A stretch of DNA of 64,000 nt from Desulfobacterales bacterium (GTDB taxonomy: Bacteria; Desulfobacterota; Desulfobacteria; Desulfobacterales; UBA5852): NCBI GenBank assembly GCA_963674755.2, contig CAXXVS010000002.1, forward strand, positions 1,024,001 to 1,088,000, read 5' to 3'. Shown in pieces: positions 46,598-56,548 of this stretch (within the stretch, counting starts at the first letter, position 1; every line of letters begins with the position of its first letter). The notes beneath the pieces were generated by a model. The model did not search any database. It was not told where the DNA came from and saw nothing but the letters and a program-made list of their open reading frames with translations. The position numbers were made by a program, and so were the translations under genes.

Positions 46598-49381
46598 TTA
46601 GGCCACCGCCTGTACAGGCGGTGCGTCGCTCAGGCGCTTTTCCTTCGTTCCTTCCTGTCCGTCTCGGCAGGCGTAGCGCATCAGGCTGCCCACATCCAGA
46701 ATCAGGCCCACACGTCCGTTCGGCATGATGGCGCTTCCGGAAATACCGGGAATGTGGCGCATCGTCTCCCCAAGGGTTTTGATAACGACTTGCTGGCGGC
46801 CCATCAGTTCATGGATCACGAGCCCGGCCTTATGGTGTTCGTCTTCCACGATCACCACCAGCATATTCTCATCGTCAACATCGTCTCCCTTTAAGCCGTA
46901 GAGATCCACCAGGCGAACCAACGGAATCAGCTTGCCCTGCATCGAGATCATCTCGCCCCGGCCGTATACGGTCGAGATGTCTTGGGGTTCCGGTTTGATG
47001 GATTTGATGATGGAAACGGTGGGGATGACGTATGTCTCACACCCGACCTTCACCACCATCCCGTCGATAATGGCCAGGGTCAGGGGCAGGCTCATTTTAA
47101 ACGTACTGCCGACGCCCTTGACCGAATGGATTTCCACCTGACCGCGGAGCGATTCGATGTTTTTGCGAACCACATCCATGCCGACACCACGACCGGAAAC
47201 GTCGGTCACTTCCGCAGCCGTTGAAAAACCGGGTTCGAACACCATGTTGAAAATATCCCGATCGCTCAACGCGGCCCCCTCACTGACCAATCCGTTTTGA
47301 ATGGCTTTGTTCAAGATCACATCACGATCGAGGCCTTTACCGTCATCCTGTATTTCCACGACCACGTTGCCGGCCGAATGATAGGCGGCCAGCTTGACCT
47401 GCCCGGTTTCCTCTTTGCCGTTTTCCCGGCGCTTTTCCGGTGCTTCGATGCCGTGATCCACGGCATTGCGGATCATATGGACCAGGGGATCGTTAATGAC
47501 GTCAACCAGGTTGCGATCGATTTCCGTCTCTTCACCATCGGTAACGAGATGAACCTGTTTGCCGGTTTTGCGCGAGACATCGCGCACCAGGCGGGCCATT
47601 TTACTAAAGGTGGCCTTCAGGGGCACCATTCGCAGGGACATGCTCATATCCTGCAATTCGCGGACGATCTTGGTGGTATGCGCGATTTTTTTAATGAGGT
47701 CGTGATTGTTGCCGTTGATGACGATATCATCTTGGGCCACCATGGAATGGGCGATCACCAACTCGCCGACCATATCGATAAGGCGGTCCAGGCGGCTGGT
47801 GCTGACCCTGACCGAACTGTCCACGATATTCTGGGGGTTTTTCATCCGCTGCTGGGTTCGCAGGGCTTGGCTAACCTCCTTCACAGAGGCTTGCTGAGTT
47901 CTCACCATCTTGACCCCGATCGGTGCCCCTTCGCCCGAACCGACCGCATTTTCGATCTGCTCACGGGTAGCCGTGCCCTGCGCCACCATGATGTCGCCGA
48001 CACGCGGTGATGTGACGGTTTCCTCCACATCCTCCCGGCTCACTTTACCCTGGGCCACGAGCAAATCGCCCACACGCGGCAAGGGTGCATCGCCGGTTTC
48101 CTCGGAAATGCCTGCCGCCTCGGGTGCCGCCAATACCGTCAGCAGCTCATCATAGCCCGGCGGCTTCATCAGCGCTGCTCCGCCCAGCGCTTCCTGGACC
48201 CTTTCGATCAGGGCCTTGAGCATATCCAGGGCGCGCAGAGACAAATCGGCATAACCGCCGGTGTAACGGATTTCGCGGTCTCGTACCCGGCTGAGCAGAC
48301 TCTCGGCATGATGTCCCATATCGGCAATGATCGCCAGTTCGAGAAAAGCGGAGGTTCCTTTGATGGTATGGAAAGCCCGGAATACCATCCCGACAGCGTC
48401 CATGTCGTCCGGATCGGTTTCCAGCATGAGCAGTGCTTCTTCGGCCTTGGCAATCAGATCGATGCCCTCTTCGATAAATTCACCGATCAGCTCAAAATCG
48501 GGTTCACCCGGCATGTAATCATTTAAATCCCGTTGCGGTACGGCAGACGATACGCCTGGCGCAGGCATTTGGTCGATGTCGCTGGCATCCTCGGCAGGCG
48601 ACGCTTCAGGTTCACCCCCGGCAGTCCCCGCTGTTTCAACGGACATGTCTTCGGTATCGAGGATGGGAAATTCATCATTTTCCTCCATGGTTTCCTTTTG
48701 ATCCTCCACCGGAGCACATTGGGTTTTATCCATAAAAAGATCCATAGCCGACTGAATCTGTGCGCCAATAAGGTCAGTCGCATCATCGGTCAGGCCGGCC
48801 TCACTGGCCAACATGGTTTTCAGCGCAGCACCGGCGTCTCGCAAGATGGTCCGAACGGCGTCCGGATAACGGTCTTCCTCTCCCAATTGTCCCAAAACGT
48901 CTTGAATCGCGTACCATTCGGCGGCATTGTTGGTATCTGCCTGAACGAGCATTGCCGCGGCATCATCGATACTGACCGTCGGCTGGAGCGCCGCTTCGGC
49001 CTCCGGCGCTGGCGTTAGCTCGTCTTCTCCCTGGCAACTGCTGCCCAGCAGTTCTTCCATACGATCGATGGCCTTTTGCACCCTCTTTTTCCGATCCGAA
49101 CCGTTTTCGAGATAATGTCGCGCGGCTTCGAAACCATCGGCAATCGCGTCAATAATCGCCAAATAATCATTGAGCGATTTCTGCGCGATGGCGTCGATCG
49201 CTCGCCGACAGCCCGCCAAAAGGGTTCGAATGGATTTCATCTGACCGGGAATCGTCGTCTCGATCGTGGCCACCTCACGCGCCATTGCGCACCAGCCTTC
49301 ACGATCGTTCAAACTGAGGCTGTCAAGATTCTCGATAAATTGATTCAGTTGGGGAATAACTTTGGATCCTGTCTTGGTCAT
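46598..49381 (-). CDS. cheA: chemotaxis histidine kinase with long N-terminal extension
   Basis: FRAFHTIKG (HPt), RLDRLIDMVGELVI, HMIRNAVDHG, DDGKG, SGRGVGMDVV, C-terminal CheW-like domain; start set at MTKTG to avoid overlap with flgN. Confidence 0.96.
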   Translation of the reverse strand: MTKTGSKVIPQLNQFIENLDSLSLNDREGWCAMAREVATIETTIPGQMKSIRTLLAGCRRAIDAIAQKSLNDYLAIIDAIADGFEAARHYLENGSDRKKRVQKAIDRMEELLGSSCQGEDELTPAPEAEAALQPTVSIDDAAAMLVQADTNNAAEWYAIQDVLGQLGEEDRYPDAVRTILRDAGAALKTMLASEAGLTDDATDLIGAQIQSAMDLFMDKTQCAPVEDQKETMEENDEFPILDTEDMSVETAGTAGGEPEASPAEDASDIDQMPAPGVSSAVPQRDLNDYMPGEPDFELIGEFIEEGIDLIAKAEEALLMLETDPDDMDAVGMVFRAFHTIKGTSAFLELAIIADMGHHAESLLSRVRDREIRYTGGYADLSLRALDMLKALIERVQEALGGAALMKPPGYDELLTVLAAPEAAGISEETGDAPLPRVGDLLVAQGKVSREDVEETVTSPRVGDIMVAQGTATREQIENAVGSGEGAPIGVKMVRTQQASVKEVSQALRTQQRMKNPQNIVDSSVRVSTSRLDRLIDMVGELVIAHSMVAQDDIVINGNNHDLIKKIAHTTKIVRELQDMSMSLRMVPLKATFSKMARLVRDVSRKTGKQVHLVTDGEETEIDRNLVDVINDPLVHMIRNAVDHGIEAPEKRRENGKEETGQVKLAAYHSAGNVVVEIQDDGKGLDRDVILNKAIQNGLVSEGAALSDRDIFNMVFEPGFSTAAEVTDVSGRGVGMDVVRKNIESLRGQVEIHSVKGVGSTFKMSLPLTLAIIDGMVVKVGCETYVIPTVSIIKSIKPEPQDISTVYGRGEMISMQGKLIPLVRLVDLYGLKGDDVDDENMLVVIVEDEHHKAGLVIHELMGRQQVVIKTLGETMRHIPGISGSAIMPNGRVGLILDVGSLMRYACRDGQEGTKEKRLSDAPPVQAVA

Positions 49382-49430
49382 GATGAGTGTTCCGAATCTC
49401 TGCCTGAAGTTAGGGTAGAATGAATGATGG

Positions 49431-49931
49431 CTAAACAGCACCGGAAAGCATTCGACCGGTATAGCCTTCCTTGTGAATACGCCCCGTAGCATGATAGACC
49501 GGGTTCGGTCTCGATAACGCTGTTAATAGTTTGATCGACCCGCTGACAAACCGCAAGGCCTGCAGACATAGGGATCGGTTCCGTTCCGAGATGACTTGGA
49601 TCTCATCGATCAGAGCCTGGAGCCGCACCCCTTTTTGTTTAATCTGGGAGGCGTACGGTTCGTCGACCCTTTCGCTCAGTTGCGAGATGGTCAGGGAAGC
49701 CTCCTCAACCCCCAGGAAAGCAGCCATTTCGTGGGCCGTCTGGCGTCGCAGGTGTTCGGCTTTGCGAATATTCTGGAGGAGCATCTCCTTGTCCATCAGA
49801 ACCCGGTTGAGTTCTTCAAGATCGGAAGCCAGAACAGCGCTGCGTTCGGCATTAAAGAGATCCCGGAGTTTGCGATAGAGGTTCAGCTGCCGGTCAACAC
49901 AATCACTCAAAGCACTCAGCAATTTTTCCAT
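49431..49931 (-). CDS. flgN: flagellar export chaperone FlgN
   Basis: helical protein after flgM; E..R, N..L and terminal Y...G pattern. Confidence 0.85.
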   Translation of the reverse strand: MEKLLSALSDCVDRQLNLYRKLRDLFNAERSAVLASDLEELNRVLMDKEMLLQNIRKAEHLRRQTAHEMAAFLGVEEASLTISQLSERVDEPYASQIKQKGVRLQALIDEIQVISERNRSLCLQALRFVSGSIKLLTALSRPNPVYHATGRIHKEGYTGRMLSGAV

Positions 49932-49987
49932 TCCACTCTCCGTAGAATCGACCGCAAACTTCCAATAGCCTTATCGATGTGGGTTCG

Positions 49988-50305
49988 TTAGTTCATGTTA
50001 AAGCTATTGTTGAACGTCATATCCCGCATCATGCGCTCAGCGATCTGGCTGCCGTCGATTTTATACGCCCCCGTTTCAAGCTGAAGGCTAATTTGGGCCA
50101 CTTTGGGCTCATCCATATCAGGTATCTCATCCAGCAGTTTGCGGGCCTCCTGGATCTCGCGGGCCTTGGGCGACAAGACCACTTTGTCAACCAGAGCGGT
50201 TTCAGCGGAAACCCCTTGCGACTGCTCTTGAACGCCGGCGGCCTCTCTGGTCTTTTGGGCATAGGCCTCGAAATTAATGTGAACGTTGCTGTCATTGATC
50301 TTCAT
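49988..50305 (-). CDS. flgM: anti-sigma28 factor
   Basis: MKI, DKVVLS, KVAQI...G.YKID...IAERM. Confidence 0.92.
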   Translation of the reverse strand: MKINDSNVHINFEAYAQKTREAAGVQEQSQGVSAETALVDKVVLSPKAREIQEARKLLDEIPDMDEPKVAQISLQLETGAYKIDGSQIAERMMRDMTFNNSFNMN

Positions 50306-50426
50306 ACGTAACCTCCAGCTGCGGATCCTGCGGTTTAAAAGTCATCCATGGTCGAAGCGATGTCTCAGCGGCGGTCTTTTAAACGTCCGGTCACCGACGT
50401 TCGAAAGATCTAATCCCGCAAGGGGC

Positions 50427-50454
50427 TTATCGGCCGCTCCCAGCTGGAGCTTTA
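50427..50454 (-). promoter_or_regulatory. sigma28 (FliA) promoter for flgM operon
   Basis: minus strand TAAA-16 nt-GCCGATAA. Confidence 0.8.
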
Positions 50455-50462
50455 GTTGTTTA

Positions 50463-50822
50463 TCAGTCCTTCATCTCCAAGACGGTCTTGCCGATCGCCT
50501 CAGGATCCAATGTGCTGCGCATCTGCTGTGCCAACCCTAAACTGCCCTGCCCGAGAGCCATTTCCCGGGCGATCTGCTGGTCCAGCATGGAGGTATAGAT
50601 TTCCTCGGCCCGGCCACTGTCAGCTAATCCGGATTCGGGAACGCTGGTGCGCATCGTCTTAAACAACTGCTCGACAAAAATCGCTTCAAAGTCGGCACAT
50701 GCCTTAGCCAGTCGTTGCTCCTTTGATACGGCATGCGCGGCATCGGTCGAACTCCCGCTACATTTGGATGACGATAACGAAGCCGCATTCGGCACCCGCG
50801 AATTCAAATGAATGTCCGCCAT
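50463..50822 (-). CDS. flgJ: single-domain FlgJ (rod-binding, no muramidase)
   Basis: ACADFEAIF, MR, SMLDQQIA, LGLA. Confidence 0.88.
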   Translation of the reverse strand: MADIHLNSRVPNAASLSSSKCSGSSTDAAHAVSKEQRLAKACADFEAIFVEQLFKTMRTSVPESGLADSGRAEEIYTSMLDQQIAREMALGQGSLGLAQQMRSTLDPEAIGKTVLEMKD

Positions 50823-50836
50823 ATTTCTCTCTTCTC

Positions 50837-51973
50837 CTAAATAATCTGCAATTCGGCCTGGAGGGCCCCTGCGGCCTTCAACGCCTGAAAGATGGCAATC
50901 AGGTCCCGCGGCGATACGCCCAAGGCATTCAGGGCGCGCACGACCTCGCCAATGCTGACGCCGGATTCCACCAGGAACAACGGGTTGCGGCCCTCCTGTA
51001 CTTGCATGCTCTGATCGGAGGTCACCACCGTCTGACCACCGCGGGAAAACGGCAGCGGCTGGGACACATTGTCTTGTTTATTGACCTCGATGCTCAAATT
51101 GCCGTGGGCGATGGCAATGGTGGCAATACGCACATTCTCCCCCATGATTACCGTCCCGGTGCGTTCATTGATGATGACCTTGGACACCATATCCGGGGTT
51201 ACTCCCAGATTTTCGATCAGGGCGACCAGTTCGACGCTCCGACCGCGGTACAAATCCGGAACCGCCACTTTGATCGTCCCGGCGTCCGGCGCGTGGGCCA
51301 TGGTATCGCCGAAAGCGGTATTGATGGCGTTGGCCACGCGGGTGGCAGTGGTAAAATCCGGTGCATGCAGGGCCAGGGTCAATTCTTCGCGCTGGTTGAA
51401 ATTGCTCGCGATTTCCCTCTCGATCAGAGCGCCGCTGGCAATACGCCCCACAGTGGGAAAATTTTTCTGCACGCCGGTGCCGGTGCCTTTGCCGTATGAA
51501 AATCCGCCGGTGCTGATAGGCCCCTGAGCCACGGCATAGACATTCCCATCGGCGCCCTTCAAAGGGGTTAACAAAAGCGTTCCCCCCTGCAGGTTTTTGG
51601 CATCGCCGATGGAGCTGACCAGGACATCGATCCGGCTGCCCGTCCGTGCGAAAGGCGGCAGGTTGGCCGTAATCATCACGGCGGCCACGTTTTTGACTTT
51701 TATATCATTGGGGTTGATGGTTACCCCCATCTTCTCAAGCATGCTGGAAAGGGATTGCAACGTGAAGAGCGATTTGTTGCCATCGCCGGTTCCATCAAGC
51801 CCCACCACCAGCCCGTATCCAAAAAGCTGATTCTGACGTACGCCGCGAATACTGGCGATGTCCTTGATGCGGGCCGCTTGCGCTACGGCAACAGTGATCA
51901 GCATTAATAGGACTGCGGTCAAAGCTGCAGTTCCAATGCCGGGTTTGATCCCCGCCGTATGAGTTGCTTCCAT
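50837..51973 (-). CDS. flgI: flagellar P-ring protein
   Basis: RIKDIA, GYGLVVGLDGTGD, GGTLLLTPL, ALKAAGAL. Confidence 0.97.
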   Translation of the reverse strand: MEATHTAGIKPGIGTAALTAVLLMLITVAVAQAARIKDIASIRGVRQNQLFGYGLVVGLDGTGDGNKSLFTLQSLSSMLEKMGVTINPNDIKVKNVAAVMITANLPPFARTGSRIDVLVSSIGDAKNLQGGTLLLTPLKGADGNVYAVAQGPISTGGFSYGKGTGTGVQKNFPTVGRIASGALIEREIASNFNQREELTLALHAPDFTTATRVANAINTAFGDTMAHAPDAGTIKVAVPDLYRGRSVELVALIENLGVTPDMVSKVIINERTGTVIMGENVRIATIAIAHGNLSIEVNKQDNVSQPLPFSRGGQTVVTSDQSMQVQEGRNPLFLVESGVSIGEVVRALNALGVSPRDLIAIFQALKAAGALQAELQII

Positions 51974-52010
51974 GATAGAATATCTCACGTAGTTGAAAGG
52001 TAACGCGGCT

Positions 52011-52724
52011 CTAAAAGGGCCAGACCGAATTCAGGGTATTGGCGATCCATCCGGGTTTTTGTCGGTCGTCAACGATGCCGGCGCCACTGTAGGCAATGCG
52101 GGCATCGGCGACGAAAGTTGATAACACAACATTGTTTTCGGAAATGTCGCGTGGCCGCACAACCCCATAGATGGTCATGATCTGCTTCTCATTGTTCACC
52201 ATGATCTCCCGTGAACCGACAATTTTCAGATTGCGGTTAGGCATGACGTCAACGACCCGCGCCGTTATGAACGCATCCAGAGACCCGCTGCGCGATGTGC
52301 TTCCCGACCCTTTGAAACCACTCTTGAGGTCCCCGCTGACCGAAAAATCCTGCAGGGTCGTCGCCTTCATACCGAAAAACTCGCTGATGCCGGCGCTGAG
52401 GGAAGAATCGCGGTCCGTGGAAGTATCGGCGGTGTTGGAAGCGCTTGATGATTCAGCGATTTTTATGGTGATGACATCACCCGCGCGCCGGGCCTTGGGG
52501 TCGCTGAACAGGTCGCCGAAAGCCACATCGTCGGACCAGATGGACATATTGTTGTCCTCATCGGCGGTCTTGGTGGCGGGCGAAACGACGGGGGCAGGCG
52601 ACGGCCCCACCGGATCCGTGCTGACCGACATGCCGCCATAAGGCGTGGCACACCCCACAACCATCAGAAGGGCCAGCCCAATCGTTACGCTCCAGACAGA
52701 CCGATAGCGAAGTACAGCTTTCAT
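52011..52724 (-). CDS. flgH: flagellar L-ring lipoprotein
   Basis: lipobox VVGC, GDVITI, GVVRPRDI, ADARIAY, terminal PF. Confidence 0.95.
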   Translation of the reverse strand: MKAVLRYRSVWSVTIGLALLMVVGCATPYGGMSVSTDPVGPSPAPVVSPATKTADEDNNMSIWSDDVAFGDLFSDPKARRAGDVITIKIAESSSASNTADTSTDRDSSLSAGISEFFGMKATTLQDFSVSGDLKSGFKGSGSTSRSGSLDAFITARVVDVMPNRNLKIVGSREIMVNNEKQIMTIYGVVRPRDISENNVVLSTFVADARIAYSGAGIVDDRQKPGWIANTLNSVWPF

Positions 52725-52737
52725 TGCGGCATCCTTT

Positions 52738-53775
52738 CTAAAATTCAACCTGGACGGTTCGGGCGTCGATCACACGGGCCAGCAGCGTTTTATTGGAATC
52801 CAGATTCACCACCCGAACCCGTTCCCCGACCTTGGCAGAATTTTGAATCTCACCAATGGTGGTAATGCGCAGACCGGAAGATTCGGCCAGGATGATCACC
52901 CGGTCCCCTCTTCTTACAACCGGTGGGAATTCAAATTGGTCAGTCCGTAAAACAGTTTGGGGACCGATAGTGCGTCGCGCGCGTTGTCCCGCTATATCTT
53001 CAAAAGAAAGCACTGCATTGGCCGGCAAACCGGTCATATCCATGGTCTGCATCATCACATCATCTCTTTGGATAAGCTGGTAGCGGGCGATGGGATGTTT
53101 GGTCACCGGGACCTCTTTCATCAGAACCACATTCACGGTCGCCATGACGCGCTTGACCAGGACCCCATCGATACTGAAGAAAATATTGACCGGCAGCGTT
53201 CCCGAAGGCCTGCTTTGGGGTAAGTATTGCATCTCATGCTGAACATCGCCGGTGGGCAGCATGATGTCGCCCGGCAGGCGTACGCGGGTGATGGCCATAT
53301 CGGCATCGTTGAAAGGGGGATGGGCGGCAACGTATTCGCGGACCAGCATTTCAAGGTCGCTCGTCGAGATGGTCACCGCACGCCGTACGAGGGTCACTTT
53401 ATCCGGCACATTCATGCGGATGGCGCCCGGATCGATACCGGACTGACGTATTCGCAGGGCGATATAGTCGCGGCTGATCGTGCGGGAATTGCCGGGCAAC
53501 GGGGCTCGGCCGACAACAATGCCTTGCAGTTGCCGGGTGAGGGCTGGATCACCCCCTACAATATCCGCCAGGTGACCCAAGGCCACTTCAGCGCCATCGA
53601 CTTCCACCCTTTCCGGCATGGTCAAGCCAAGTTGACCCCGGGTGGTGTCGGCTTGCAGCGGGCTGAATGCCAGGCCCAGCATCAGGAGCATCGTCATGGA
53701 TACCCAACCGATGCGTCCTCTGTGCCGCTTTGCAACGTCCATAACGCCCCTTCCGCGATGCTTATCGCTTGACAT
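52738..53775 (-). CDS. flgA: flagellar P-ring formation chaperone
   Basis: APLPG, SAF-like region, [18 protein letters not shown]; between flgG and flgH; exact start uncertain. Confidence 0.9.
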   Translation of the reverse strand: MSSDKHRGRGVMDVAKRHRGRIGWVSMTMLLMLGLAFSPLQADTTRGQLGLTMPERVEVDGAEVALGHLADIVGGDPALTRQLQGIVVGRAPLPGNSRTISRDYIALRIRQSGIDPGAIRMNVPDKVTLVRRAVTISTSDLEMLVREYVAAHPPFNDADMAITRVRLPGDIMLPTGDVQHEMQYLPQSRPSGTLPVNIFFSIDGVLVKRVMATVNVVLMKEVPVTKHPIARYQLIQRDDVMMQTMDMTGLPANAVLSFEDIAGQRARRTIGPQTVLRTDQFEFPPVVRRGDRVIILAESSGLRITTIGEIQNSAKVGERVRVVNLDSNKTLLARVIDARTVQVEF

Positions 53776-54550
53776 TGTTGGCCTGCTGCAGCATGTCGTC
53801 GGCGGCCTGAATCGTCTTGCTGTTGATTTCGTATGCCCGCTGGGCCGTGATCATTTTAACCATTTCGTCCACGACGCTTACATTGGACATCTCCAAAAAC
53901 CCCTGGGCCAAACTCCCGATGCCGTCTTCTCCGGCGGTACCGACGATGGCATCGCCGGAGGCATTGGTCGGCAGATAGAGGTTGCGACCAATGCTGTGCA
54001 ATCCGGCGGGATTGACAAACCGTGCCAACGTAATCGTGCCGATTTCAGTCGGAGTGCTGGAACCGGCCTGCATTACCGAGACGGTTCCATCGATTCCGAT
54101 GGTCAGGGATATGCTGTCGCTGGGGATCGTAATTTCAGGCTCCAGCAGAAATCCGTCGGAGGTCACGATGCGCCCCTCGCGATCCATTTTAAAAGCGCCA
54201 TCCCGTGAATAGGCAATTTCGCCGGTGGGTTGGGTTATCTGGAAAAAGCCATTCCCTTCAATGGCTATGTCCAAGTCGTTTTTCGTTTGCTGGAAATCCC
54301 CCTCGGTGAAGATCTTGTGACTGGCCACGGGGCGGCTGCCGTGTCCCACCTGAATACCGGTCGGGACATCGGTGGTTTCGGAGGAGGATGCACCCGCCTG
54401 CCGGAGGGTTTCGTAGAGAAGATCCTGGAAATCCGCCCGGCTGGTCTTAAATCCCGTGGTATTGACGTTGGCCAGATTGTTGGAAATGACATCGATGTTG
54501 AGCGATTGCGATTTCATTCCGGACGCTGCCGTCCATAAACTGCGTATCAT
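53762..54550 (-). CDS. flgG: flagellar basal-body rod protein
   Basis: [35 protein letters not shown]. Confidence 0.97.
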   Translation of the reverse strand: MIRSLWTAASGMKSQSLNIDVISNNLANVNTTGFKTSRADFQDLLYETLRQAGASSSETTDVPTGIQVGHGSRPVASHKIFTEGDFQQTKNDLDIAIEGNGFFQITQPTGEIAYSRDGAFKMDREGRIVTSDGFLLEPEITIPSDSISLTIGIDGTVSVMQAGSSTPTEIGTITLARFVNPAGLHSIGRNLYLPTNASGDAIVGTAGEDGIGSLAQGFLEMSNVSVVDEMVKMITAQRAYEINSKTIQAADDMLQQANNVKR

Positions 54551-54573
54551 ATGATCCTCCCTGCAGGATTTTG

Positions 54574-55326
54574 CTATTCGATGGTACCGACACCGCTGAT
54601 AACGCGCGCGTCGATTTCTCCCATGGTTTGAATCATCTTCTGATAGGATTCGTATCCGCGTTGGACTTCGATTAGCTCTGTCATGGCCTGGACAGGATTG
54701 ACGTTGGATCCCTCCAGAAAGCCTTGTTGGATACCGCCATAAGCCAGCTGTTCTTCAGAGCCCTGGGTTTCATCCAGTTGAAACAGGGTTTTCCCGACTT
54801 TGTGCAAAGCGGTCCGATCGGAAACCGAAACAATGCGAAGCTTGTCAACTTCCGCCCCATCGACAAGCACCGCACCCGATCCGTCGAATCGCACGTCGCT
54901 GCCGTCGATCGTGATTTCACCTCCGTCTCCCATCACCGGATCCCCATCTGCGGTTGCCAGAACCCCGTCCGGGTTGATCGAAAAGGCGCCGTTGCGCGTG
55001 TAGCGAACCCCTTGTTCGGTTTGAATGCTGAAAAATCCGTCGCCATCGATGGCCAGATCAAGCGGCCCGCCCGTTTGTTCAAGCGGACCCTTGGTGAAAT
55101 CGGTATGCGTTGTCATCGGAATGACGGCGCTCATCAAAGTATTGACGCCGCCTGAAGCAGCATCGGAAGACGTGCTATTTGGCATATTTTGATCCGATAT
55201 GCGAAACATGGTCTGATCTTCCTTGAAGCCGGTCGTATTGAGATTGGCGAGATTATTGGACAATATCTGCAGGCGGAGACGTTGCACCTCGGCCCCAGAT
55301 GTCGCCATATAGATGGATCCACTCAT
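54574..55326 (-). CDS. flgF: flagellar basal-body rod protein
   Basis: [24 protein letters not shown]; precedes flgG. Confidence 0.9.
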   Translation of the reverse strand: MSGSIYMATSGAEVQRLRLQILSNNLANLNTTGFKEDQTMFRISDQNMPNSTSSDAASGGVNTLMSAVIPMTTHTDFTKGPLEQTGGPLDLAIDGDGFFSIQTEQGVRYTRNGAFSINPDGVLATADGDPVMGDGGEITIDGSDVRFDGSGAVLVDGAEVDKLRIVSVSDRTALHKVGKTLFQLDETQGSEEQLAYGGIQQGFLEGSNVNPVQAMTELIEVQRGYESYQKMIQTMGEIDARVISGVGTIE

Positions 55327-55408
55327 TTGGAATCTCCCGCAAGTTGCATTTGAGAAGATAAAAAGACTTCACAAAAACCTTGTCAGCGCTATCTCTTCAG
55401 ATCCATTT

Positions 55409-55424
55409 TGCAAGAAGTAGACCA
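55409..55424 (-). promoter_or_regulatory. sigma54 promoter for flgF operon
   Basis: minus strand TGGTCTACTTCTTGCA, GG-N10-GC. Confidence 0.65.
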
Positions 55425-55670
55425 TGTTGTTCCTAACCAAGCCAAAGCAACTGACTGTCGTCTATCGGGGTAACGCTGACGTTTCGGACGGGAAAGAAGG
55501 ATAAAGCGGTATATTTTGCCGGTCAGCAGGAATGATTTGCCGACGTGCCCCGCTGGACGTGCGGGGGCAATGGTCGAACGGCAAAGAAGTCGGTTAAAAA
55601 AGGAAGTCGTCTGCGCTAAGACCATCAGCTTCTATGCAAAAAAGCAAGCATGGCATTTTTGTGCCGCCGC

Positions 55671-56180
55671 CTACATGCCGGCCTTGGTCTGGGGTTCGGC
55701 CGTAGACGCATGGCGTCTTTCTTTCGCAAACGCCTGAAGACCGCGCAGAAGTTCCACTTCACCTTCCATTAAACCGCAGTGCTGTGAAATTCGGTTGGCG
55801 CTCGCCCCCCGATTCATCATTTCTTCCGCCAGGCGATAGCGCCGCTGGCGTTCCCAGCCGCCGTTGCCAATCGACTGCGGTAAACGATCATGGTCAGACG
55901 CTTTTGAATCCACGCCGGTTCCCATCAGGCGCAGCGACGCAAACTCCCTTGCCAAGGACTGCTGCAGATTGTCATAGGCCTTTTGGGACTGTTGCGTCAT
56001 CATATGCAAGGATACTTGATCCGCAAACCCGGCGGAGGAGTTGCCCTCGCGTGCCTTGAGCACCAGGCGTCCATATTTGCGCCGGTTAACCAGTAGAAAT
56101 AGAATCAGCGCCAAACTGCAGGCTATCGCTAACCCATTCAAGATAGCGGCCAAATCGATGTGATGGGAGATCGTTTCCAT
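55671..56180 (-). CDS. membrane-anchored hypothetical protein with C-terminal HTH-like segment (DUF2802-like)
   Basis: N-terminal TM helix; Y..A..M...G....I...CGL..GEVELL. Confidence 0.7.
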   Translation of the reverse strand: METISHHIDLAAILNGLAIACSLALILFLLVNRRKYGRLVLKAREGNSSAGFADQVSLHMMTQQSQKAYDNLQQSLAREFASLRLMGTGVDSKASDHDRLPQSIGNGGWERQRRYRLAEEMMNRGASANRISQHCGLMEGEVELLRGLQAFAKERRHASTAEPQTKAGM

Positions 56181-56224
56181 AAGGCATTCCTTTGATAAGC
56201 AAGACCGCTTCCGTAGCCGCGGTT

Positions 56225-56482
56225 TCAGATCCGCACGTCAATGCGCCGTCCGGTTGACGATTGCCCCTCATTACCCGCGGAAGTTTGAGAATTCTCATTC
56301 AGTTCAGCGCCTGTTTGTTGATCTGTTGGGGCGTGTGTCGATTCTTCCGGGTTGGTCTGTGATTCGTTCCCACCTTGCTGTTGACGTTCTTTGTGAGAAT
56401 CCGGGCGGCGTTCCACTGCGCGCAATGGTCCAGACGGTGTGATGACTCCGATAGAACCTGTCCGGCGAATGCTGTCGACCAT
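56225..56482 (-). CDS. small hypothetical protein after fliA
   Basis: GGAGG RBS; low-complexity middle; C-terminal GRRIDVRI. Confidence 0.6.
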   Translation of the reverse strand: MVDSIRRTGSIGVITPSGPLRAVERRPDSHKERQQQGGNESQTNPEESTHAPTDQQTGAELNENSQTSAGNEGQSSTGRRIDVRI

Positions 56483-56548
56483 GGGGGACCTCCCTTCCGC
56501 CCCAAGTCTCCCGGCGGGCGCAATACCCTATGATCGTGGAGCGCCCTT

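Noticed and set aside
50463..50822. Truncated flgJ as a pseudogene
   Set aside because: Single-domain FlgJ without muramidase is normal outside beta/gammaproteobacteria.
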